This document shows, in pieces, positions 39,517 through 53,652 of a stretch of DNA of 64,000 nt; position 1 is the stretch's first letter, and every line of letters starts with the position of its first letter. Where the stretch lies: positions 1 to 64,000 of the forward strand of contig MU626344.1 in assembly GCA_025603075.1 (NCBI GenBank), given 5' to 3'. The stretch comes from Neoconidiobolus thromboides FSU 785. Its lineage: Eukaryota > Fungi > Entomophthoromycota. Made by a program: the position numbers and the translations under genes. A model generated the notes under the pieces. That model made no database searches. It saw only the letters and a program-made list of their open reading frames with translations, and was not told the DNA's origin.

Positions 39517-40853
39517 TTAAAATTCTAAAGGATCTTTTTTCGATGGAGGGGGAGCCTTATTTGAAGTAATTCTTCTAGGACCAGCTTGATCTTTATCGTT
39601 ATCTTTAGGTTCTACTCTCCTTTCGGACACGCCACCTTCAATAGGGAGATGATAAGTTTCAATTAACAATTTTTTTCTCTTTAATTTAAAGCCCAAGTTA
39701 TTTTCACTTTTTTGTTGAAATTTTAATCCAAGAGAAGTAAATGAATTTAATCTTGGGAACTTGTGGATAAAAAACAATCCTTGATATTCTTCATTACTTG
39801 CTTTTTTATTTTCTCTATCTATTTTTAATTATTTACTATTTATATCATATTTATATTATACATTATAATTACCTGCAAATGATTTAAATTCTAATGCTGT
39901 ATCACAAATAGATTGAATTGCCAAAATTTGATCCTCTTCAAATAAATAAGGTGGAAAACTTAACATCATTACACTAAATGAATATCTCAATAACCCTTTT
40001 ACCATATAAATAAATCTATATATATCCTGTTTATAATATTAATATATATTGCTCGTATTAAACTAATTAAGTTACTTCAAATTTTGTAATGCAGCCTAAA
40101 GGTGAGCCGATCAAATAAATTGCAATTCGAAGTATTCTGCGTGATGATAATGGTATTCCTTCAATCTTTGAGCTTTTGTTTCATTTGTTATTATTTTTAC
40201 AAATAAGAGAATATTAGTCATTACCTAAATTCATTTGAAATCAGCTCTTCAATCTTTGAAAATATAGCTGCGAAATCAATGTCGTCATTGGTTGCATCAA
40301 TCAGGATTGGCACATTTTTTTCTATAGCTTCTTTATTTAAGTGAGTTGTTAAATCTAAAGTTGGACAATATTTTATGTCTTTATCTTGATCTTCTATAAA
40401 TTTGAATTTTTTAATTTGTTTTATTAATAGGTTAAATTTACTACCTTCTGATTTTTGTTTTAAGTTTGGTAAATCTTTGTATCTCCAAGCAATCGTTAAG
40501 TCCTCTTTAGCTTCTTTCTTAACCACTTTTTCTTTGACAATAGGCAGCTCATAGACACCAGGTAATTTATTAACAATAGCTTGGGGTTCATGATCAAAAG
40601 AAATCAAACAGATTTTATGGTTTAAAATAATTCCAGAAGATAAAAAATAACTTAGAGCAATATTCGAATAATCTGTATATCTATCACTTAATAATAATGT
40701 GATAGTGCCAATTGGTATACCACCACCTAAAAGAGAATCCAAACTATTCATACCATAACTCGTCAATAATAAGCTACTTTGATAACTGCTTAATTTTGTC
40801 CCACCAGGTAAACTTACTGTCACCTTGCTTGTTTTCTTTTTAAATGAACTCAT
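39517..40853 (-). CDS. ELP4: Elongator complex subunit 4 (PAXNEB), multi-exon
   Basis: MSSFKKK..LPGGTKLS..LTSYGMNSLDSLLGGGIPIG; DLTIAWRY; LGFKLKRKKLLIETYHLPIEGGVSERR; ends in LEF. Confidence 0.93.
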
Positions 40854-41916
40854 CTTAATTGAAATTGGAATCTCATAGTGATGAAAATAATGTTTAGTAC
40901 TACTAAAATAAGCCAATTAAATTAGCTATAGCTTTTCCATGGAATTGCATATTTTTATAAATTTCATTTTTCCGATTGTCACAAATTTTTAAATTTATTT
41001 TCATAAAGATTTAAGCCTTCATTGTAATTATGATACGAATATTTCTATTATTGAAAAGAATTAAACCCGTTGTATCCTAAAATTTTGTTCCTTTACCTTG
41101 ATTGTCTTTTTCTGTCTTTCATTTGTCAACTATTAACTGAAAAAAAGCTTTAAACCTTAAAATTAGAAGGCTTTATTAAAGTGAATTGAGGATCAAACAA
41201 CTTGAAAATACAAGTCAAAATACATTTTTAGATGTTTCTATATGTCTTCTTTGTTGATAAATTCTATTTACATTTTTCCATTCAATAGCACTTGAACAAT
41301 AGACAAATGAATAATATCAAAAAATACACTCTCCTTTATCTTGATATTGTTTAGTTATTTAAATTATAACACGCTTTAAAGGAATACCATTAATGTTTCA
41401 ATATATAGCTTTAAGAATAAATAAAAGTTTCGAGTATTACGACTACTTATAGTATGATAAAAGAAGGATTTTTTGATAGTTGGTTAAAAAAAAGAAACTA
41501 AAAATTATTATGCCAAACCCAACTATTGGTAAAATTTCATTATCTTTTAAAATAATAACAGTTTTTGACATTTATTTATTTTAGTTAAATAGTTTATTAT
41601 TAGCGTTGTTTTGTAGCCATATATTAAATGTTTCTATTATATTTCATTTTGTTTAATAAAAGAGTTATAATATTAAATAATAATGCCATGATAACTGAAG
41701 AAATCACATAACTGATGCTATCACCAATAACGACGTATGTTAAAACGGAATTTTTCTATTTAATATTTATAGAGAGTTCATATTACATTTTATGTTAATG
41801 TGTCTTTTATTATATTTATTGTAACTGTTTATAATTTAACGTCTTGCTCTCAATAAAAATAATTTATAAATGCCATTTATCATGGTTTGAGTAGTAAATA
41901 AAATTGACATTTTAAT

Positions 41917-42020
41917 AAATGGGAATGTATTTTTTCGTTTAAGAATTTTGCTAACAATCTTTCCACTTAAATAGCGCTTAAAAATGAAAAAAGTAATAAA
42001 GACAAAAAACATCCTCAAGT
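41917..42020 (+). mobile_element. MITE copy 16
   Basis: Flanks AAAT/AAGT; small internal deletion. Confidence 0.88.
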
Positions 42021-42193
42021 ATAATTTAAAGAGTAATTTTAGATCTGATGGTATTTAAGTAATTAGTAGTAGTTTGTTGCAACTTTATCCCATTTAATAT
42101 TAGGATCCTATCGAATAAGTTGTAGAAACTAAGCCTTGCATCTAATAGAAAAGGCCCAATAAATAGTAAAAAGGTAGTAAATGTATAGTCAAT

Positions 42194-43330
42194 TTACGCA
42201 TCATTTTTAGTCAGCTTATAATCCTTAACAATAAATGTTTGGAGATTCGGAAAAAGAAATAAAAAGGAAAGTAAATATTTGTATAAAGTGCTAAAGGAAC
42301 TAACTTTGATATGATTTATATATCTACATTGAAGTGAGTCAAGCTTATATTTTTGAATATTAGTATCGTTTGTAAAAGATTTACCAAATATCTTCTTAAT
42401 ACTAAGCTTCAATTTTTTGCCTAAGTGAAATACTTTAATGCTAGGCGTTAAAGAAATTGAATCTGATAGCTTATCTATTAAATTAAAATAATTTGTTTCC
42501 TTTACAGTCAATACTTTTAAAAATTCTTTATCAATAGGATCTTGTATTCCAAAATAATCTAAGAAAATGATACCAATGTCTTTAAGTAAGTCTAAATTGT
42601 AGTTCTTGTTATTTTCAAATAAATAGCTATGATAATTCCTCAATTTTGTACTTTTATATTTCTTTAAGTTACCAGAGCATTTAATATTATCATCAAAAGG
42701 TCCATCGATTTCTAATTTTATATTGCGAATAAAATTTATATTGCAATTAATTTTTGTAAAGTCTTCATACCGAAATCCACTCAAATAGACTGTTTTTAAC
42801 TTAATAAAATTCGCTTTGATAACATCAAGATCATTAAGTTTTAAACCTCTACAGGCGATTTGGTTTAAGTGATTTCAATTTTTTTGAATCAAAAGTTTAA
42901 TAATATCTTCAATCGCTATATCATGCATCTCATGTTCAAATACTTTTTGACTTGGTATAAATAAGTGCCAAATAGTTTAGATACTTGACTATAATTAAAA
43001 GCGTTTATTTTCATTTGCTTCAATCCTGGTAACTTAATATTTACATAAAGATGACAATATTGACAATATTTATTAAAATTATGATCTTTGCGATTTCTGA
43101 AAAACATAGATCTGACATTTGAACAACAATTGAAAAGTTCAATAGCCCTATTAGTGTCGTATATATTCAAATGTCTCATCAATAATCCATTTCCTTTGAT
43201 GAGTTTTCTTGGTAACACTTGTATATTTCAGTTCTATCATTAGCTTGAGTTGTTTGGTTTCTTTTCTTACAAAGCAGTAATCAAGTAGCTCAAATGTTTC
43301 TTCTAGTAATATATTAGTTAATTAAACTTT
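42194..43330 (-). pseudogene. Fragmented lineage-specific ORFs, possibly a degenerate F-box/LRR-like gene
   Basis: Adjacent minus-strand ORF pieces (42194-42784, 42916-43218) with LxxL-type repeats (FPNLQTFIV, LKKYKSTKL) in different frames; no diagnostic motif. Confidence 0.3.
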
Positions 43331-43436
43331 AGTGGCATTTTAAAGCAAAGTTGTTACTAAAGGACTAGTTCTCTAAAATTTTGAAATAAAGAGTAGTTTT
43401 ATATTAATCATAATTACCTTATAGGAACTAAATTAT

Positions 43437-43541
43437 ATATGGTGATGTATTTTATTGTTTAAGAATTTTACTAACAATCTTTGCACTCAAATAGCGCTTA
43501 AAAAACGGAAAAGCAATAAAATCAAAAAAACATCACCATAT
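43437..43541 (+). mobile_element. MITE copy 17
   Basis: ATAT-GGTGATGT...ACATCACC-ATAT. Confidence 0.9.
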
Positions 43542-44542
43542 TGTCACATCTAGGTCTTGGACAATTCTCCTCTAAATGATAAATCAGGGTCTTACCAAAC
43601 CTAACAAATAAACTATGAAAGGTTTTTGATGGTGCCAGTTTTGTAAATCAAATTATTAATTCTATAAATAGGATAGCTATATATTCTTAATCAAATCCAA
43701 CCTATAGTCGCATTATCATATGTCTTTATTCAAAATATTATTACAAAAATGGATAATGTTTTGTAAGAAACGTAAGTATTTTGTTTTACACTTTAAAGAA
43801 TCAATCGGTTATCATTTACATTTAAAAGTACGATTAAACTTTATAATCAGCAATAAATAAATATTATTGCAAAGGAGTGAGGAAATAAATTAAAGTAAAA
43901 GAGAAGTAAATCCTTAACAATATTTGAAAAACATACATAGTGATGCATTTTTAGTTCTCTTTTATGTTTATTTACCTTGGGGAAGATAAAAATTGAAGAG
44001 CAGCAACAATATATATCTTATAAATGGAACTATTATATTTTAATCACAGTAGTATAAATTGAATAAATAATTACTTCTGTGGAACTAACAATTTCTGTCT
44101 TTAATCCTCTCATTTTGTTTGACTAGGAGTTACTTTCTAGAACTTATTTTACTTTATGAAAAACAAGTTGTAACTTTGGCAGCTTTATTTATTTTGATTA
44201 AGTATATTAGTAGATAGACTCTCTTTTTTAATTGCATTTTTCTTGTTTTGATCAATTACTTTTATCATAGAAAATATTACAATTTAAAGTAAAAACCCAA
44301 AGAAATAAAACGGTTACACATACTAATATGCATATTATACTTTTATAAAATACAAGCTATATTATAATTCACAATAAATCATTCCATTAATAGGTTCAAA
44401 AAAATAAATTAATAAACCCTCAATGACTGAAAATTACTATACAAACTTAATTAAACAAACTCGTAATATGAAATTAGTTAATAGCTAATAAAATAATTAT
44501 TTGATTTATAACAAAATTGTAGTTATTGAAATATTGAGAAAT

Positions 44543-45612
<1,070 letters not shown>

Positions 45613-45834
45613 TTTAATTAAAAGCTAAATTAAAAAAGTTAAAAATAAAAAGTTTAGTTTTATCCTGTGGCTTTTTTATGAGGTGAAAACTAAAATTATG
45701 ATCAAATCTAAGAATGCTCCAAATTACTTAATCAAGTCAGATTCCTCAGCTTGAATTGCAAAGTTTGAACTTTTGCTGGTTTGCATTATTGGTTGTTAAA
45801 GGTAAAAGAGAATTTCGAGTTTTCTTGTTACGAA

Positions 45835-46284
45835 ATGAGTGAAGGCCAAGCACAACAGGTAGACAACAAACTATATATATAGTAACAAAACTAATCGACC
45901 TAGCTATTTCTTAGCATTCAAAATAAACTAATCGAAGATGAAAGAAATTTAAATGTCATTCATCAACAGATAGCTACAATTGAAAGAGAAGTCAAGAGCA
46001 ATCAACTAATTTTAAGTCAGATTAAAGAGTTTGATAATGTAGAGCGTACCTTTAAATCAGTTGGAAAAATGTAATTAGAACTAAATCCTTAATTTTTTTA
46101 CTTTATTAACCTTTTATTAAGGTTTGTATTCACCCCTGTACAGCAGATTGAGAAAGAAAATGTAGATACCACTGCAAAAAATCAAGAACTTTTACAAGCT
46201 TTAAAAAAGAAAGCCAAGTTTTTAGAAAACAAAGTCAATGATACTCGTTCTCACTTGAAAGATGTACTGCATTCAAGAGCTTAA
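45835..46284 (+). CDS. PFD1: Prefoldin subunit 1 (beta type), 3 exons; absent from the ORF track
   Basis: MSEGQAQQ|LFLSIQNKLIE..QQIATIERE..ERTFKSVGKM|FVFTP..LKKKAKFLENKV..LKDVL. Confidence 0.88.
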
Positions 46285-46351
46285 TTTTAAATAAAAATAC
46301 TTTTAATTTATATTCTATTTTATTTTATTTTTATCTATATGATTCTATGAC

Positions 46352-48310
46352 TTAAAGAGGTAGCGTAACAAGTGCCTTAAGCAACAGATTCTTCTCTGAG
46401 ATTCTACATATAAGTGCAAATCTATGATTACGCGATTTAACATTAAGTAATTCCTTTCTATCCATTTCAATTGAAGTTATTGGAGAAAACAAACTAAGTC
46501 GATGGTTTATCAATCTCCTTAACACGCTTCCAATTTTAACATAGATCTCATTCGCTTTCTTATGGTGGCTGGTTTTATGTTTTTTATTTTTTTGTTCTAC
46601 ACTCAATAGATCACTCCATTGTTCATACTTCTCACTCATAAATTCCTTTAATTCGTTTATTCCTTCTTCCTTATCAAATTTAGTCATAAGCTGTGCTATT
46701 TTTGCTTCAGGAAGATGTAAAACATAAAGTAGATTAAAGAAGTTAAAGCTTATTTGCCCTTCACTTAAAATTCGCAAATCCGCTAAATTAAGCATCTCTT
46801 CTTCTTCTTCTTCTTCTTCTTCTTCTTCTTCTTCGTCTACAATTTCACCTTCTATTTCACTTTCATCTATTTCTTGTTCATCTTCATTATCACTTTCTTC
46901 GCCTTCGCCTCCATCGTCATGATCATTGCCTTCTTCCTCTTCTTCTTCACCCTCGATTTCATCTTCTCCTTCCTCTTCATAAAAAGCCTGAGCAAGTCTA
47001 TTAAAAAATTCTACCTTGTTTAGTAGCTCACTATCATTTATTTCATCCTTACTCAAAAACTCCTCAATTACATATTTAGTATTAAATATAATATCTTCAT
47101 CCGGGTTATCCAAGTCTGCAAACCCATATCTTTCTAACAACTCCGAGTTATTAAGTATACCATAAGTATTGAATATTTCTTTATCTTTTTTACACTTTAA
47201 CACTACTCTTAACTGTATCTGATTATCTTTATCATAATCTTTATCTAACTCGTAGCATTCTTCTTCATTAAGTTCACTTTTGATGCCACTGGGCTCAGTT
47301 TCTTCTTCATCAATTAATTCAACAACTGAATCTGTATCACTATTATTTGATTTGGAGCATTCTTCTCCTTCTATTTCCTCTTCGTCTAATCCTTCTTCTT
47401 CAACTGAGTGAACACAATCTTCGATGGCTCCACATTCTTCACATACTGAGTCCGACTCTAAATGTATGTTTTCAGCTCTTGACTTATGATTGAACCTAGC
47501 TAAAGTTAATAAATTAAGCAATATCATATACTGTTAGTCTTACAAATCAGCTAATGGAACCATAGCTTCACCATGGTATTCATCAACTGCGAAAGCTCTA
47601 GAGTTGACTAAAGTGATAGCATTAAGATACGAGCTTAGAGTAAAAAATGATTTGTCAAAAATAGCAGGGTATTTCTGAACTAGAGGGAGAATGATTGTGT
47701 TGTAATTTTCAGTAAGCCCTGTCTAAAAACGATCAATGAAACTCAATATATATTATTATTTAAAGCTACTTACTTTATATTCATTTACAATACTTCCAAT
47801 CTGAGTACCATTTAACTTTACCAAGTCACTTTGCTCCCAAAGTGTAGGTACACTTTCAAACTTTTGCATTATATTGAAATAGTCATACCATGGTGACCTT
47901 TCTTGAATACTTAATTCATACATAAGTGCAATAACCAAAGCAGTCTTGTCAAACATCTCTTCGTCTTCAAAGACATTGGCAATACCACAAGTTCTATGTG
48001 ATAATATGGATTCTTTAGGTATCGTGCAAACTAAAAAATATTGTTATTTTTAGAATATTTTTAATAAAAGATTCTTACTTATCTCATCTTCGTCAATATC
48101 CTGTTTAGCAAGGACACCAAAGTCATGTCCTGAAGTAGGTGTTTGGTCATTTTTAATACCATTTCTACTATTATTCTTTAACTCTCTGGTACAGTTAACT
48201 TTGATTTCTATTTTTTCTTCATCATACCAAATTCTATTAAGCTTCAACCATCTTTTAAACTTGATTAGTAATTGTTCTCCTTGACTATCTATTCCATTTA
48301 ATACTGCCAT
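46352..48310 (-). CDS. SET-domain N-lysine methyltransferase (SETD6/Rkm4-like) with long acidic insertions
   Basis: FGVLAKQDIDEDE; LVIALMYE..SPWYDYF; MVPLADL|FNHK; EIFNTYG..NNSELLERYGF. Confidence 0.88.
46797..46834. repeat. (TCT)n/(GAA)n microsatellite encoding poly-Glu in the SET protein
   Basis: About 12 uninterrupted TCT units. Confidence 0.9.
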
Positions 48311-48440
48311 TTTGATAATTAAAAAGCATTCTTTAAATTTTTAATAATTTCTATTTATTCTTTTCATTGGCCATAAAAGAATTTGACTAAATCATGGAAT
48401 TTTATTCCTTTAGATATTGCCCATCTTTCAACTCAAAAAA

Positions 48441-50660
48441 ATGGATTTGACCAAATATAATAGCAGTAGTGAAGGGGAAGAAACCACAGCACTCCCTCTA
48501 GCTGATAAAGTAATCAAATATAAAGTACAAACAGCGCCAGAGGTTGAAATAGAGGTAAGAGGTCATTTTCATCAGTTTTTTCTTATGAGATAACCTTATT
48601 TGTAGAAACAAGACATATATAAAAATTACATTAAAGAAGATAAAAATAGTGCAAAAAAAGTGGGTGGGTTAGCCACCAGATCAATCATGGAAATCAATAT
48701 TCCTTATGAGCACATGCCAAAACAGGAAGATTTATCCAATCATCCAAGTGAAAAAGCGCAGCAATTATTAGCAAAACAGGGAGTTTATGGTAAATTTAAT
48801 TGACCATTTTTGATGGCTTGGCTTTAATTTTCTACAGGTCACCTTGAGCCTCAATCTTATTCGGATTACCATTTCATGGCTCAAAATCATAATTTCCTAT
48901 CCAGAGGATTTGCAAAGGATCCCAGTATTAATACTTTAGATGATAAGGGAAACTTAGGACGTGGTATGGACGGCACTGGATATGTTGGAGATGTAGAAAA
49001 ATTCAATCATTATAATGGTATTAACTGAAATATTCAAATTAGAGACAAAGTTCATTAAAATAATTTATTAAAGGTATTGATGTTGGCCTTGAGATGCCTA
49101 AAAAGATACGCAAAGAAATTAAAAGTAAAAGAAAGTCTAAAGGAGATGTGGCGGTATTAGAAGGGGAAAATGCTTATCTTGGACCTTGGGCTGGGTACCA
49201 AGAAGATAAAACTGACGAGCCGCCAGAGGCTAGTTTAGAGGTAATGGATATAATATTGATTTTATAGAATACTCTATAACTTTTAATAGGATTTAACTAA
49301 AGAAGCCCTTTCTGAAGAAGAAGAAGAAAAGAAAAAGAAAAAAGTTAGGGAATTGGCAGAGGGTATGGAATCAAGTATATTCCATGGTAATAATTTTTTT
49401 TATTAAAGATAGAATTATAATGGTAACATAATTTTAAAGGTACTGAAGAGCGTGATTATCTTGGAAGAACATACATGCACATACCGCTTGATTTAGATGT
49501 TGATTTACATGCTGAGCCTGGCTCAGTACAAAATTTCTTACCAAAGAAATTAATACATACTTGGGAAGGTCATGCTAAAGGAACATCCTGTGCTAGGTTG
49601 TTTCCAGGCTCAGGACATTTATTATTGTCTTGTGGTATGGATTCTAAAGTTAAAGTAGGTCTAATTTTAAACAACATTTTAAATAGTTAATAATTTATAT
49701 TTAGTTATGGGATGTTTATCATGAACGTGAATTGTTGCGATCATATATTGGGCACAATAAAACGATACGTGAAGTTAATTTTAGTAGTGATGGTTCAAGG
49801 TTTATTTCATGCTCCTATGATCGATTTATTAAGATTTGGGATACTGAAACTGGTAAAATCATTTAGTAAAGTGTTTTTATACATTTATTCATCTATTGTT
49901 AGGCCAATGTATACGTACTATTACCACCGGAAAGATCCCATATACAGCTAAATTTATGCCAGACCCAAATCGACAAAATATAATCATGGCTGGGTTTTCA
50001 GATAAAAAAATCATACAGGTAAACAAAATTACTATTTGTTATTATATTGTATTATTTACTCACTTTTCTAGTTCGACATAAATAGCGGCAACATCAAACA
50101 GGAATACGACCAGCATTTAGGAGCCATTAACAGCATTACCTTTGTAGATGATAATAAAAGATTCATGTCTACCTCAGACGATAAAACTTTACGTGTATGG
50201 GAAAATGATATACCCGTAGTGATCAAATATGTAGCTGAACCTCATATGCACTCAATGCCAAGTGTAAGTTTGCATCCAAGCAAAAAATATGTGGCCTGTC
50301 AATCTTTAGACAATCAAATATTGATTTATGGAGCTAAAGGTAGATTCTCTCAAAACAATAAAAAACGCTTTACAGGCCACGTTGTGGCTGGGTATGCATG
50401 TCAACCTAACTTTTCTCCTGATGGGAGATTTTTAATTTCAGGGGATGCTGATGGCTCCCTTTGGTTTTGGGATTGGAAGACTACAAAGGTTTTAAAGTAA
50501 GTTTAGTATTGTATTACGCTATTTATTTTGATTCATTAATTTTATTTGAAGAAAAATGAAATGTCATAAATCGGTACTTATTGGTTGTGAATGGCACCCA
50601 CATGAAACCTCAAAGGTCGTTACTTGGTCCTGGGATGGGTCCATTAAATACTGGGATTAA
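48441..50660 (+). CDS. CDC40: Pre-mRNA splicing factor Cdc40/Prp17 (WD40), multi-exon
   Basis: AYLGPWAGY; [13 protein letters not shown]; [11 protein letters not shown]; [12 protein letters not shown]; [12 protein letters not shown]; [19 protein letters not shown]. Confidence 0.96.
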
Positions 50661-50712
50661 TAAAGATAATTATTAAATATGCCTAATTAAAGAGTATTTA
50701 TTCATTTGCATT

Positions 50713-53310
50713 TTATTTTAAATAAAGTGGTAAAACACATCTTGCAGATATACAATCCAATATCCAGTAATAAGGAACAGAACAATGATCATCAATGTTA
50801 GAATCACTCGGATATACTTTTAGCACGTGGTTTTTATTTGGAAAAGGAATTAATCTAAAATTATTGACTAATGCAAAATTTTTATACTCACCATCTTCAC
50901 TCCCATGATTATCATCATTGTTATTACTTAATATATTCTTTCCCTTATCATTTTGTAGTAAAATATTATAACTTCCATTCAAACTCAACATACTTTTAAA
51001 CTTTGTTATGTTCAAGTTCTTCTCTTCAGTTATGGATGGAATTAGAATACTATAATCATCATAGTCATAGCTTATTTTACCATCCAAAAGTGAGATTAAC
51101 TTAATTAAATCTTCTTTGCTTGGCCTAACATTTTTGAAGTTACCTACAAAAGCAAATGAATATCCATCAAAAAAATTAAGTTTATTCAATGATTTCATGG
51201 GCTGAATACTATTTATTAACGGTCCATATGCTTTAGTACCATAAGTATAATAATCCATTTCCTCAATAACCCTTTCCTCTAATAAACTATCGAATAGCCA
51301 ATTTACATCTACTACATTTACGTTATGAATTAAACATAGTAAATATTTAAACGTTCTTTGTGCAATCAGTCTACCATTATGCTGAGTGCCATCTACAATT
51401 AGATGACTAATTTTACCATAGCTTAGATCCTTTTTCACTTCTTTAATTAGGATTCCGACAGTATTTAATTCCTCCATCGTTTTATCCACTTTCTTTCTCA
51501 TATTCAGTGTTAAATTTGAAAACGCTATATAAATAGGCTTATTGTTAGGCGCCTTACCGTTATCATTAACATTCTCTTTTATTAACTTGGTCATCTTATT
51601 CTTATTAGAATGACTTTGACTTGATTCTTTACTAGCTGTATGATCTATATTACTAGATGTTCTTTTCTGCGCTTTGCTTTTAATATTCATAGCTATTTTA
51701 ATCTGTCGCTTTAGTACCTCATCAACTCTATCTTTATGATCTTTTTTTGGCCCTCCACATCCTTCACATGCCTTATAGCGTGGATTATTTAAGTAAGTAC
51801 AACTTAAGCACTCCCACCTATCTTTACTGTATATATTACTTTGTGTATTTATTTTACACTTATTTTTCTTTGGTCTTTCTTTAACTATATATTTTTGGAC
51901 CTCCTCAGGTTTAATTTCTTCATCTCTTTCTTCCATTTTTACAAGTTTATTATTTAATAATGTATTTGGCTTATAATGATATTTTACTGCTGTACATTTG
52001 ATTGTTATTTTCTTACTGACTTCGTATTTATTAGGTGGTTCTATTTTATTTGTATTCTTATTACTTAAACTATTATTCAAATTTCCATTGTTATTTAAAT
52101 TATCTTTGAAGCTATTATTACTAGTCGTACTTGTGTAATAATTTTCTAGTATAAGTTGATTTGCGATATCCTTAGTATTATGACTCAAAACTGGTTTATC
52201 TTGAGATAATTCATGTGGTCTTACATTATCCTTAAACTCTTCTTTATTATCTTCTTTATTATCTTCTTTATCAACTAAAATACTTTCATTGAATATCATC
52301 TGGTTCTCACAAACTCCATTTGAATCATTATTTTCGTATGCATTAGTTTCATCACTATTTAATATATGAGTTTCATACTTCCTGTCCGCTTCTTTATTAC
52401 TTAGTTCATGGTCATAACTCCTACTAACGCCCAAATTATATTCCCTAATTAATCTTTCTTGATCAAAAAAAGTAAGTTGAACTGAACGTCCTGTTTTAAT
52501 AGGCTTCTTTTCAGATAAGTTATCCTTAATTGGGACCACTTCTTGATTGTTAGTTTCTTCGGGTGAAGGTGTAAAAAGGGCATTTTTTAATAGCGAATGA
52601 GCATCTGACTGTGTTTCAGCCTCATTAGTAATTTCTTCTGGTGATGTAAAATAGATTTTCTTTAGTTCTGTGTCAATATTCGAGTCATTCATACTTTTCT
52701 GATTAGCTCCCTTTTCTTTAGCATCGTCTTTTAAACCCCCTTTCAATCTAAATTGACTTTGATGATTGATCGCTTTTTCTTTTGTATTAAAGTTTATTAT
52801 CTCATCCAATTCAACTGTAGTTTCTCTATGAATATCTTTTTCTTTCAACTTTCGATCTCGTTTATTAGCTTCTTTTCCTCTTGCATCACAATTTAAATTT
52901 TCCTTCAGTTTAGCTCCGATGTCCTTCTTAGCCTCGTTTTGTTTCGTGTCACTACTCGATACTTCTTTTAGCCTAGTTCCTCTTTGGCTATTAAGTTCTT
53001 TTTCATTTACATTGCCCTCTACTTCTTCCAAGCTCTCTTTGTCTGGCTCAAACAATAGCTCTTGAAGATCACTAAATAGATTTTGAATTTCTGTCAAACT
53101 ATTACTCGCCTTCAGATTGCCTGGAAACGCTAAACATTTACATTGTGGACACATACCCCTTGTACCCACATACATCAAAGCACAATCAAAACAAAACGAA
53201 TGTCCACAGGAGTACAGTGTACTTGGTGATTCCGTTGGCTTGAAACAGATATTGCAAGTCAATAAATCGGCTATGTTTTTTAGCCTTGTTTTGAAGCTGG
53301 GAGGTGACAT
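50713..53310 (-). CDS. BARD1/BRCA1-like protein: RING, RanBP2-type Zn finger and tandem BRCT (intronless, 865 aa)
   Basis: CNIC..CGHSFCFDC..CPQC; WECLSCTYLN..CEGCG; BRCT1 AFSNL..RTFKY..W; BRCT2 FFDGYSF..WILDCIS. Confidence 0.85.
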   Translation of the reverse strand: MSPPSFKTRLKNIADLLTCNICFKPTESPSTLYSCGHSFCFDCALMYVGTRGMCPQCKCLAFPGNLKASNSLTEIQNLFSDLQELLFEPDKESLEEVEGNVNEKELNSQRGTRLKEVSSSDTKQNEAKKDIGAKLKENLNCDARGKEANKRDRKLKEKDIHRETTVELDEIINFNTKEKAINHQSQFRLKGGLKDDAKEKGANQKSMNDSNIDTELKKIYFTSPEEITNEAETQSDAHSLLKNALFTPSPEETNNQEVVPIKDNLSEKKPIKTGRSVQLTFFDQERLIREYNLGVSRSYDHELSNKEADRKYETHILNSDETNAYENNDSNGVCENQMIFNESILVDKEDNKEDNKEEFKDNVRPHELSQDKPVLSHNTKDIANQLILENYYTSTTSNNSFKDNLNNNGNLNNSLSNKNTNKIEPPNKYEVSKKITIKCTAVKYHYKPNTLLNNKLVKMEERDEEIKPEEVQKYIVKERPKKNKCKINTQSNIYSKDRWECLSCTYLNNPRYKACEGCGGPKKDHKDRVDEVLKRQIKIAMNIKSKAQKRTSSNIDHTASKESSQSHSNKNKMTKLIKENVNDNGKAPNNKPIYIAFSNLTLNMRKKVDKTMEELNTVGILIKEVKKDLSYGKISHLIVDGTQHNGRLIAQRTFKYLLCLIHNVNVVDVNWLFDSLLEERVIEEMDYYTYGTKAYGPLINSIQPMKSLNKLNFFDGYSFAFVGNFKNVRPSKEDLIKLISLLDGKISYDYDDYSILIPSITEEKNLNITKFKSMLSLNGSYNILLQNDKGKNILSNNNDDNHGSEDGEYKNFALVNNFRLIPFPNKNHVLKVYPSDSNIDDHCSVPYYWILDCISARCVLPLYLK

Positions 53311-53652
53311 TTTGGTTATAAATTGGAAATAAAGAAAGAATCTAAATTTAGTAAACTAAGTACTATTATCATCAGTTTTCGTGTATGCAGTTTAGTTCTA
53401 AGTTTATTAAATGAAACTATTGTTGAATTCAATCATAATCTATTGGTTAGAAAATATCAAAAATTGAAATATTACATTAATAAATTGAGTAGATTTTATC
53501 ATTTTAGTATAAGCAAGCTAAGTTAACTTACACTCACCTGCTCAACTTTCATTATATTAACATTGACTTGCTAGAAAATGTAAACTATAAACTAATACTA
53601 TCTTCATAATACTTAAATCAAAAATAAGCTATAAAACACAAATAAAATTTAA

